A stretch of 61,352 bases of DNA, counting the filler, from Syncephalis fuscata S228 (taxonomy: Eukaryota; Fungi; Zoopagomycota): assembly GCA_025786725.1 (NCBI GenBank). It is 3 parts of 3 records of this genome, joined end to end, with 100 filler letters (N's around TTAATTAATTAA, not from the genome) between each part and the next. Parts side by side here need not be neighbours in the genome. Positions count along the whole stretch, not along the records: positions 1 to 16,522 come from JAHLTZ010000199.1; 2 more parts are not named here. One strand, given 5' to 3'. The translations under genes and the position numbers were made by a program. Of the stretch, positions 1 to 11,034 are shown piece by piece; positions within the stretch are counted from its first letter, which is position 1; the number at the start of each line of letters is the position of its first letter. The notes beneath the pieces were generated by a model that had not been told where the DNA came from, ran no database searches, and saw nothing but the letters and a program-made list of their open reading frames with translations.

Positions 1-435
1 TTGGTGCTGATGCTGATGCAGGTGCTGATGCCGGTGTTGGTGCTGGTGCTGGTGCAGGTGCAGGTGCTGGTGCCAATGCTGGTGTTGATGTTGGTGCTGG
101 TGTTGATGTTGGTGCTGGTGCTGATGCTGATGCCGGTGTTGGTGTTGGTGCTGATGCCGGTGCTGGTACTGGTGCTGGTGCTGGTGTCGATGTTGGTGCT
201 GGTGCTGGTGCTGGTGTTGGTGTTGGTGCTGGTGCTGATGCTGGTACTGGTGTTGGTGCTGATGCTGATGCTGATGCTGGTGTTGGTGCTGGTGCTGGTG
301 CTGGTGTTGATGTTGGTGCTGATGCCGGTGTTGGTGCTGGTGCTGATGTTGGTGTTGGTGCTGGTACTGGTGCTGGTGTTGATGCCGGTGTTGGTACTGG
401 TGCTGGTGTTGATGCCGGTGTTGGTACTGGTGTCC
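1..435. repeat. Degenerate hexamer microsatellite (GGTGCT/GGTGTT/GATGCT/GGTACT)n, copy 1, cut by window start
   Basis: Period-6 repeat visible directly; the (VL)n ORF is a by-product. Confidence 0.97.
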
Positions 436-939
436 GGCTATCTAAAATCTATAATAATCAATAAATGTTAGTGTTAGTGTCCGGTATCTAAAATTTAAAA
501 CAATATATGTATAAAGTTAGTATGTTGCAATGTTGTGTAGCCGGCCGCTAGCACACTAAAACAATTTGGTGATTTTTATTTATGATATAAATTTGTAATT
601 ATCAATACAGGTTAGTAAGTTAGTAATCTAAATCTAAAGTCATCAATATAGCATTAATTGTTATATTGTTTGGTAGCCGGCCGCTAACACACTAATCGCC
701 ATTGTCCTTGAACTTGATACTTGATGGCTTGTAAATCTAAAGCATTATATGCAGAGTTAGTGACTGATTTAAGTTAGTTACTTACCATTGCATAATCAGT
801 GCACCATAAAGAAGGACCGGTAAGTGGTTTGTTAAAGTGAAAAGGGAAAGAGAAGAAGAGCTGCCAATGCAACATCGTGCTAGCAGGTGTTTACAGGCAG
901 TGCATATAATGGCACTGCTGTATGGCCAGTACAGAGTGC

Positions 940-1280
940 TACTATATGCTACTACCGTAGCTAAACACACTATTGCTAGCACGGTGAGCAATGGAAGGTA
1001 TAGAGGTAATGATGAGGAGAGGGTGAGAAAGGAACAGTATATGCTTGGTAGCATATATCCAGCATACACTGTTGCTAGTACGATAAGTAATGGAAGGTTA
1101 GTGAAAAGGATGGGAAGAAGGTGGGAAAAGAAAGAGGATGATAACAGTGTATGCTTGGTAGCATATAGCCAGCATACACTGTTGCTAGTACGATAAGTAA
1201 TGGAAGGTTAGTGAAAAAAGGATGAAGAGAAAGAGGAAGAGAAAGAGAAAGATAACCGTATATGTTTGGTAGCATATATT
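940..1280. repeat. ~111-bp minisatellite with hairpin core and polypurine segment, copy 1
   Basis: Core TATGCTTGGTAGCATATA-CCAGCATACACTGTTGCTAGTACG-TAAGTAATGGAAGGTT recurs, separated by GA-rich stretches. Confidence 0.9.
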
Positions 1281-1321
1281 GCCACAGTTAGCATACTAGC
1301 AGCTGCCCACAAGGTAAAACG

Positions 1322-1365
1322 ATACCGCTAGCACTGCTGTATGGCGCCATACAGCAGGGCGGTAT
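1322..1365. other. GC-rich hairpin containing perfect 24-bp palindrome CTGCTGTATGGCGCCATACAGCAG (1334-1357)
   Basis: Self-complementary; outer arms ATACCGC/GCGGTAT; identical palindrome at 10454-10477 and 16123-16146. Confidence 0.92.
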
Positions 1366-1703
1366 GTAGTACCAGACTAGGCATGCTTATACTAATAGAC
1401 TAACAATGACATATAGCAAGCAAAGCATATACGACTTATGGAAACAAGTGCAAGTGGAAGGTGGCTAGTGGATAAATGCTGTCAAGTGTGGTGGATGAGA
1501 AAGAGGAACGTGTGACGCAAAGCGTGTGCTATGCGATCGGCAGTCTGTTTTTATAGTGTGGGTGCAAGTGCTGATGTAATATGAATAAACAATTATTATG
1601 ATTGGTGCCAATTGACTTGTTTGACAGCACTCGCCCAGTCAAACTAAACGTTTATTTTATTGAATAATCATTTTTATTAAATTATCAAATCATTAGATTA
1701 TAT

Positions 1704-2758
1704 TATGATTTGGGTGTCAAATGACTAAATTTAATAACATTCGCGCAATTGAACTGCACATTCAATCTATTGAACATGGGGACAAGTGGTGAGTTTTATT
1801 TAATCATCACATCATCACACTTATTGCTTTTTTGGGGGACAAATGACTAATATTTAATAACGCCCAATCTATTGAACATGATGATGGGTGGTGAGTGACA
1901 TCAGTCATCAAATACTCATCAGCATAGATTCGTTATCCAGTATGCATATATTCAGTACACATATATATATTATTTACCTATATTATTCCTGTACTATCCC
2001 ACACCATTGTATCCCATTCTACGATAGACTAGACACACTTTATTGTTAATATACACCAACAAACTCCATTCAGTCTACTCATTGCGCTATATGCACTATA
2101 GCTTTAACTTTATTTTATATGCTTTTTCACCGTACATTTATTATTCTATATATCATTCTATAATCGCTTAGCCTTCCTCTATCCAAATCTGTTTATACTT
2201 TTGTTCTAGCTTTATTATTAATAAATGTCGACTAATGTCGGTCATCTGCTCATGCATATATGCTCAATAACTTTAACATTGCTAATCGTTACTGCGTATT
2301 GCATATTCTTTATATTATATGCCGTTTTATTGTCTAATGACTACTGGCTATTTATTGCAGCTGTTCTTTTTGTTTTAGCTCTATTATTAACAAAGTTGAC
2401 TAATTTTGCTCAGCTTGCTTAATAGACTATATATTTATTTATTTAAAACTCATAGCAAACAGAATGTATTCAATATGTCATATAATGGTAATGATATAGG
2501 TAGATAGTATATATATGCATATTGGACAATAAATCTACAATGATGAGTATTTGATGACTGATGTCACTCACCACCCATCATCATGTTCAATAGATTGGGC
2601 GTTATTAAATATTAGTCATTTGTCCCCCAAAAAAGCAATAAGTGTGATGATGTGATGATTAAATAAAACTCACCACTTGTCCCCATGTTCAATAGAGTGA
2701 ATGTGCAGTGCAATTGCGCGAATGTTATTAAATTTAGTCATTTGACCCCCAAATCATA
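1704..2758. mobile_element. MITE/foldback-like non-coding element with ~218-bp inverted repeats
   Basis: 1704-1921 is the near-perfect reverse complement of 2541-2758; related copy at ~46290-47135; no credible ORF. Confidence 0.75.
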
Positions 2759-2827
2759 TTGAATTATTAATAAATTGCTATAAATGTAATAAACTTTATT
2801 ATAAAATAAGTTTATTCAAAAATATTT

Positions 2828-5727
2828 TTAATTATTGGCTGTTTGAACAAACTGCATTTTTCGTTGTGCCACGACGTATAATTTGCTCTTAGCACATTTA
2901 GGAATAATAGGATAGTGGCTTCTAAGATATTCAAGACACGCCAAACGAAAGTTTATAAACTCCTCTTTAACATCATTCTGGCGTGCGAGTATTATGTATG
3001 CTGTTCTTGCACCGTGCTTGCTCCATCTCCCGCTTTTATGTGGATGGCTCGTGTCAATGGGATCTTCTTCAATAACAGCATGGGAGGGAAAATACCATTT
3101 CTCTGTCCAGGTCTCGTAATAGTTAGATGTTGTTAATTGAACGCTTTTTTTCTAAATGAATAAATAGCAAAGTTAATTATGTTCAATGAAGTATTAAACA
3201 AAACAGCTTAAATATTTACAATCAGCTTAAGGTGAAAATCCGCTTCGTTGGAGAATATTCGTCGTCCAAATCTATTAAAGCCTTCTTTATGTTCCTCCTT
3301 TACAAATTCATCCCACTTGTACATAGTAAACACTTCATCCATATAAAGGTCAACAAAAGGCGCCACATTTCCTGGCCCAAGACGATGAGTACAGAAATAT
3401 TGACAGGCTTTATCAAAATGATAGTGTTCAGTCTTAATATGCTTGTGATATTGGCAATCATCCACTTCTAAGTTGAATTTATAAACTGGGCCACTCGGCA
3501 GACTATTAATGATAGGCAATGATTCGGCTACATCAGTAAAAGTATCAGTATCAGAGATATTAGTTAAAGCTACAGTAATCCTGTCAGTTTCGAATTGGCT
3601 AAATTCAAAAATGGCTTTCAGTTTATCAACAGTATAAATGTCACTTGTTGACCAACGATTATCATCTGAATTAGACTCGATAAGGTTAGGAAGAAAACAA
3701 GCACTAGAATCTAGACGGCGATGGTTTTTTAACGTTTGGCCGACAGTGTCGCGCCACTGAGATCTGTCCATCGGGCGGTGGAATACTGCCGATAACATAT
3801 AGCTAAGCTGGGCAATAAAAGACAGGTGTTGATCTGAGTATCTGTTGCTGACCGAAAGATAATTTGTCTCTACCAGATACCACAAAGCGTTAATTCTATT
3901 GCCAGCATAGGACCAAAGCTGATCAGAATAATTCCAAACAACTTTTTCGTACACTTCAAGTCTATAAATAAAAATGTTAGCAAGTATAGTAATTTAAATT
4001 TATATATTACCCAAATTTGTCTTCTATGTTTTGAATGTCGGTATTAAACTCGGCCATAATTAACCGAAATTCAAAACGAACACCATAATTCTTCTTTTTC
4101 ATCAATTCGATATTTTTTTCGATTAATTTCTAAAAAGAAATTAATTACAAATCAATAATTAACCATAATTTTGCAAGCACTTACTATAAACTTAATGGCA
4201 CCTCTGCCTTTTTCAAGTACTTCATTTGGGCTGAAATCACGTCCATGACGATCAGAATTACCTGAAGCTCGTGTATAGAAGGCGTGTTTGCTCAGGCTGT
4301 AGACTTGCATATTTATCAGCCTCGAGCGAACAGTGTTGGTGTGTTTAAAACCACCAAAATTTTCAAAGTTGCAAAAACTATCATAACGACGAGTTGCTAT
4401 GAATATAGGTGAAAAAGTCAGTAAACAATAAAATATGATTTGGCAAAACGCATATATATATATATTCTAGCTTACCACTAGCCAAACGGATGGGATCATC
4501 ACTAAAAAAATGAAAAGCAATGTCATCATGGTCTTTAACAAAACCAGTTAACGGATAATTACATTCGATAGGTAAAATAGAAAATCCAACATCAATATAT
4601 GTTTTATCTAAAGGGATAATGTCCCAATTTAAGTTGAAAGTTTCTAATATTTTTCTAGGCGAATGCAGTGAAATAATACCTTCATCAGGGTACCTTTTTT
4701 TAAATCCTAGTCCCCAAACGATGAAAAAAAATGAATCAAAGTCCTTGGTATCAGGATTATTTAATATTATTCTACGCATTTGCGTAAGAAGTTCGTCTAC
4801 TGTATCGGAATGTAAACTAACGCTAGTGTTTACTTGAGTAGAATCGTATGATAAAGGAACAGACAAAACTTCACTGTCAGATAAATTATTAAGGGCAGGT
4901 ATAAGTACCGAATCCACAAAAAGCTTATGAGTAGCTTGATCAACAGCATATGTATGCTTTGTTTGATTCAAGGATCGCTTATAATACAAGGCGGGAAAAC
5001 ATATTACAACCTATAATTAAACAATAGTAAAAGCACCAATGATTAGCTTAAATAAAACGTATTTTTGTATACATTACCTGTAATTTACCGAATTTAGCAA
5101 AATTTAAATTTGGTATATGGAATATTTTAACGTCTTCACCTTTTGTTAATGTATGGTGATTATAAACAACGCCGGTATCAGACTTGTAAGAGAAATTGTA
5201 ATTGGCCCTGACCATTATATCGATGTCACAAGATGTGACAGGTATTGTTTTAATTTCATCGCAAACTATCGCAATTGAATCAATGTCTCGACGTATTTTA
5301 GTTTTGGGAGATTCATCAGAAAAGTTTTTAACACAATATTTGTTTTTTAAATCACCAGACACTCCTTGAATATGTGTACGGACATAATTAATATTTCTAA
5401 GATGATAAGGGGCATTGCTTTGCTTATGATCATGCTCTTGAGTGTATCCCTCAAACACGCTGATATTCATACTGCCTATAGTGAAGCTGAAGTTAGAGTC
5501 GTTGCTACAAATTGTACAATATACAGATTAAAATGATACTTACATGTTGAATCATCAGAGGTTATAGGCACGGGACTACTATTCAATTGTTTGACACGAG
5601 CACGCTTGAATAAAGAAGTAGTATTAGGCTGATTAGCTACACTAGAAGTAGATTGATCAGCTACACTAGAAGCGGGTTGCTCAACGCGAGCACGCTTGGC
5701 AAAATACGTAGTAATGAGAGAGGACAT
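2828..5727 (-). CDS. Uncharacterised 837-aa protein, 7 exons (5727-5544, 5475-5078, 5010-4476, 4396-4185, 4129-4011, 3961-3220, 3151-2828); probably mobile-element associated
   Basis: Six GT-AG introns join the ORF-track fragments into one open frame of 2514 nt; motifs RRDIDS, HIPN, CFPAL, YIDVG, MQVYSLSK, YGVRFEFR; embedded in the tandem macro-repeat. Confidence 0.85.
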
Positions 5728-6809
5728 TTGAGTATTTTTTGCTTAATGTAACCTGATGAGATACACTAAGTATGCAGATTACTTGGACAAGTGACAAAGC
5801 ATAAGTTAGAGAAAATAAATGTAAATTTGTATAAAAATTGATAATGTTTTTATTTGTGATAACTGGTGTGTTTATATATTGCTCTAGTTGATAGCTAGTA
5901 TCGGAGTAGAACAATATACAAGAAAATAAAATAATAAAAATAAAAATAAAAATAAAAAAAAAAATAAAAATAGTATTTGCCATGTGTGACTGACTAGTAA
6001 TTTAGTGGCCACGGAAATGGCCACTTTGTTACAATGTTACTGTAACAAAATGAAGGTGTATGCGCATGTTATTTTGCTAAAATAATAATAACATATTTCA
6101 ACACCACCATTCATTTAACAATAGTACTAGTATTTTATTTAAACGTCATTTGTATTGTGTTACGTTAATATTTAATAAGCTGTTAATAATTTGGTAATCA
6201 AATCATTACATTTAATAATACTTATTCCATTGAATATAATGCTAGGTGATGAATAACATCAATCATCAAGCCATTTAATTACAATCCGATTTATAATAAA
6301 ATGACTAATTTAATAATATTTGTCCCATTAAAACCTGCCATTCGTTCTATTGGATATAGAACTGGTGGTGAGTGGTACCAGCTGTCAAAATACTTATTAT
6401 CGTGGATTTATTATCCAGTACACATCTATATTTTATTTACATATATCACTATAATTGTATTGAAACACTACTATATAGCATCATATGATACACTAGACAC
6501 ATTTTGTTTATTATATGCGGCAACACACCTCACTTAATCCACTTATTACGCTGTACATTCATTATATTGTATGCCATTTATTGTATAATGCGTAAGAGCT
6601 ATGCAACACCATTGCTGTTTTGCTTCTAGATCTATTATTAAATAAGCGCGTGTTTATGTTTTAGGGCTTTTTATAACAAAAGCGTACCTTAATGTTAAAC
6701 CCTTTTGTGAGGGCACTTGAAATGGCCATAGTGGTACACTGTAACTTATCACTGTAAATTTGACGTTGTATACCATATGTGTTTTATTTTATAGCGTGTT
6801 GTTGTATAT

Positions 6810-7895
6810 TGTTATACAGTATAATGGCCACGCTCTATCGATTGGCGCTGTCCATTTTACGCTAGCTTTATAGTTGAAACTGGCCATTCCTTACACTCAG
6901 TTCGCTAATTACCATATTACGCAGTCACAATTGGACACACTAAAAAATTAATAGTAAATTAACGAAAAAATATACAGCAAATCCGATTGGTTCTGCGTAC
7001 TCAGACGACAATTCTGGTTATAATGGATCAATAAAATGCGATGTGTAAATATTTATTGTTTTTATTCAGAATTGTATATGCATATCATAGCAATATTGGT
7101 CAAATATTGGTAAAAATAATAAGTATACAAATAAATTTGTTTATTTATTGCTATAATTTGTTTATTATGATAGTGTGTTGATTGTTGTATGGTATACTGG
7201 CTACTGGGGGTCAATTCGGCCTATTCTAGTGCAGTCATTGCAGTCATTGCAGTAATTTCAGCTAATGACCAGTCAGTATGGTTCTTGCAGGTCATTACTC
7301 GTAGTTCAGCTACCGTATTTTGTTTGTTTTGTTTGTTTTACGTAGTTTACGCATCACTCGCTTCCCCTGCGTTGTTTTTACGTATTTATCTATGTAATGG
7401 TCACTTTACTCGTTGTATTTTACTCATATTGGCCTCAATCTGCACAGCACATTGCCACAGCACTACTGCTTGAGTGGCACCTTCCTAATATGAAGCCATT
7501 AGCGTGACCGTTTTTCGAACTCCAATACTAGGTCCCGTAGTGGTAGAACCCTTTTGTCTCTCTCTTCTCTTGTTGTTGTCTTGTTGTTGTTCTATTGTCG
7601 TTGTTCTTGTTGTTTTTTAACTCGCTATCGCTCGTATAGTTGTTCTGTAACTTCTTGTTCATTTTCCTTCATTTTTCATTTTTGTCTTATTTTTCTTATT
7701 TTAGCCCTATTTTATCAAGCCCTATCTTCATTAGCCCTAAATATTTGTCAAATAATTGTCAAAAATATTTTCAAAAAAAAATAAAAAAAAATCGTTGTCT
7801 GTTTTATTGTTGTTTCTTCATCTCCTGTTCATTCTGTTTCATTGTCCCCTACTCTCATGTCATTTGAGCTATTATTTCTCGAGTTATTCATTGTT
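6810..7895. repeat. Macro-repeat block C, copy 1 (second copy ~11035-12138)
   Basis: Near-identical ~1.1-kb direct repeat. Confidence 0.93.
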
Positions 7896-7929
7896 AATGT
7901 CAATATGTGGTGTCTTAAAGTTCACTTCA

Positions 7930-8880
7930 ACCCGATGCAATACATCATATATGTGAGGTAATAATTAATATAAATCATTGCATGTTATAAGCACTATAAC
8001 ATACTGACATGAATGAGTCGTGTATATTGCTTCCTACAATTAATATGATATACACACGATATCATACAATGATATATGTAAATACTGGATGTATGCATAT
8101 TGAGTATATGCTCTCTGGATATATGCTTACTGGATAATACATCTACATTAATGTCTATTTTATATTTTATTTATTCATCATCCATTATCATGTTCAGTAC
8201 ATTAAATGCTTTTAAATATTGCCATTTGATCTGCTGATCATACTATAAGCATTGTTAAATTGTTTAATCATTAGTTAGTATGCGCAATATATACTAATTG
8301 TATAATCTTTATTGTATTGATTTTTTGATTGAGATGCAAAAATATAAACCTTTGCATCTACTTATTTAATAGCTATGTGCTTTTATTTAATGCTTTGCTC
8401 GGATATTGTTTGGTAATATCAATTACTAATCACTTGGATATTCCAATAAATAATATATTATTAATTGATCCAATATCCTTTTTTAATCTTGCTGTTAATT
8501 GATAGCAATAGTATCAATTAGTCTTGATGATGTCACATCAAGTACTTGTGAAGTTGCTATTGTTGCTATTGTTGCTATTGTTGTGATGGTATACCACCGT
8601 TTATTGGTGGCGATATACCACCACATACAAATTATGATGGATACTGCTACAACTGCTGTATCACATTACTTACTTATTTAAAATCGCGATTAGTGTGTTA
8701 GCGGCCGGCTACCTACAATTCTAAAATAATAAATACAATGTTAGTACGTTAGTAGACAATTGTCCTGAATTGTTATTGCATATTTGGTTTTAGTGTGCTA
8801 GCGGCCGGCTATGTATAATAATAATACTTACGCTGGTGTCCATGGCCGGCTACCTACGATTCTAAAATAATAAATACAAT
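7930..8880. repeat. Macro-repeat block D, copy 1 (second copy ~13313-14298)
   Basis: Near-identical ~0.95-kb direct repeat immediately preceding each hexamer tract. Confidence 0.93.
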
Positions 8881-9440
8881 GTTAGTGTTAGTGTTGATGC
8901 CAATGTTGATGTTGTTACTATGTTGGTGCCGGTGCCGGTGCCGATGTTGATACTGGTACTGGTGCCATGCTGGTGTTGATGTTGATGCTGGTGCTGATGC
9001 TGGTGCTGGTGTTGGTGCTGGTGTCGATGTTGGTGCTGGTGCTGGTGCTGATGCTGGTGCTGATGCTGGTGTTGGTGCTGGTGCGGTGCTGGTGCTGGTG
9101 TTGGTGTTGGTGCTGATGCTGGTGTTGGTGCTGATGCCGGTGTTGGTGTTGGTGCTGATGCCGGTGCTGGTACTGGTGCTGGTGCTGATGTCGGTGTTGG
9201 TGCTGGTGCTGGTGCTGATGTGGTGCTGGTTGGTGCTGGTGCTGATGCTGGTGTTGGTGTTGGTGCTGATGCTGGTGTTGGTGCTGATGCTGGTGTTGGT
9301 GCTGGTGCTGGTGCTGGTGGATGTTGGTGCTGATGCCGGTGTTGGTGCTGGTGTTGGTGCTGTTGGTGCTGGTACTGGTGTTGGTGTGATGCCGGTGTTG
9401 GTACTGGTGCTGGTGTTGATGCTGGTGTTGGTACTGGTGT
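8881..9440. repeat. Degenerate hexamer microsatellite, copy 2
   Basis: Same GGTGYT-type period-6 repeat, with several phase slips. Confidence 0.97.
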
Positions 9441-10900
9441 CCGGCTATCTAAAATCTATAATAATCAATAAATGTTAGTGTTAGTATCCGGTATCTAAAA
9501 TTTAAAACAATATATGTATAAAGTTAGTATGTTGCAATGTTGTGTAGCCGGCCGCTAGCACACTAAAACAATTTGGTGATTTTTATTTATAATATAAAGC
9601 TGTAATTATCAATACAGGTTAGTAAGTTAGTAATCTAAATCTAAAGTCATCAATATAACATTAATTGTTATATTGCTTGGTAGCCGGCCGCTAACACACT
9701 AATCGCCATTGTCCTTGAACTTGATACTTGATGGCTTGTAAATCTAAAGCATTATATGTAGAGTTAGTGACTGATTTAAGTTAGTTACTTACCATTGCAT
9801 AATCAGTGCACCATAAAGAAGGACCGGTAAGTGGTTTGTTAAAGTGAAAAGGGAAAGAGAAGAAGAGCTGCCAATGCAACATCGTGCTAGCAGGTGTTTA
9901 CAGGCAGTGCATATAATGGCACTGCTGTATGGCCAGTACAGAGTGCTACTATATGCTACTACCGTAGCTAAACACACTATTGCTAGCACGGTGAGCAATG
10001 GAAGATATAGAGATAATGATGAGGAGAGGGTGAGAAAGGAACAGTATATGCTTGGTAGCATATATCCAGCATACACTGTTGCTAGTACGGTAAGTAATGG
10101 AAGGTTGGTGAAAAGGATAGGGAAGAAGGAGTAAAGTGAAAGAGGATGAGAATAGTGTATGCTTGGTAGCATATAGCCAGCATACACTGTTGCTAGTACG
10201 GTAAGTAATGGAACGTTGGTGAAAAGGATAGGGAAGAAGGAGTAAAGAGAAAGAGGATGAGAACAGTGTATGCTTGGTAGCATATATCCAGCATACACTG
10301 TTGCTAGTACGGTAAGTAATGGAAGGTTGGTGAAAAAAAGGATGAAGAGAAAGAGGAAAAGAAAGAGGAAGATAACGGTATATGTTTGGTAGCATATATT
10401 GCCACAGTTAGCATACTAGCAGCTGCCCACAAGGTAAAACGATACCGCTAGCACTGCTGTATGGCGCCATACAGCAGGGCGGTATGTAGTACCAAGACTA
10501 GGCATGCTTATACTAATAGACTAACAATGACATATAGCAAGCAAAGCATATACTGAACTTATGGAAACAAGTGCAAGTGGAAAGGTGGCTAGTGGATGAA
10601 TGCTGTCAAGTGTGGTGGATGAGAAAGAGGAACGTGTGACGCAAATCGTGTGCTATGCGATCAGCAGTCTGTTTTTATAGTGTGGGTGCAAGTGCTGATG
10701 TAATATGAATAAACAATTATTATGATTGGTGCCAATTGCCTTGTTTGACAGCACTCGCCCAGTCAAACTAAACGTTTATTTTATTGAATAATCATTTTCA
10801 TTAAATTATTAAATCATTAGATTATATTATGATTTGGGGGTCAAATGACTATATTGATAACATTCGCGTAGTTGAACTGCACATTCAATGTATTGAACAT
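9438..10900. repeat. Macro-repeat block B, copy 2, with one extra 111-bp minisatellite unit
   Basis: Aligns to 433-1770. Confidence 0.95.
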
Positions 10901-11034
10901 GATGGTGGATGGTAAGTGACGTCAATCATCAAATACTCATTGTTGTAAATGTATTGTCCAATATGCATATATCTTCCATTTACTTGCATTATTCACATTC
11001 TGTTTATGCTGTACACTTTCCATTCCATGCTCAT

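Larger units (their letters stand above)
433..1770. repeat. Macro-repeat conserved block B, copy 1 (others ~9438-10900 and ~15190-16522)
   Basis: Near-identical sequence follows each hexamer tract; anchor GCCGGCCGCTAGCACAC at 540, 9547 and 15296. Confidence 0.95.

Noticed and set aside
1-471. (Val-Leu)n ORFs at 1-471, 9086-9478 and 14228-15202
   Set aside because: Translation artefacts of the hexamer microsatellite; copy 2 has phase slips
7189-7956. Hydrophobic/Cys-rich short ORFs in block C
   Set aside because: Arise from T-rich composition; frames are not preserved between the two copies
8881-9440. Telomeric repeat
   Set aside because: Highly degenerate, internal, flanked on both sides by conserved blocks and unlike TTAGGG; a subtelomeric location is not excluded
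9950-10400. CRISPR-like array (hairpin repeat plus spacer)
   Set aside because: Spacers are related polypurine stretches, the repeat is ~75 bp, there are no cas genes and the context is eukaryotic
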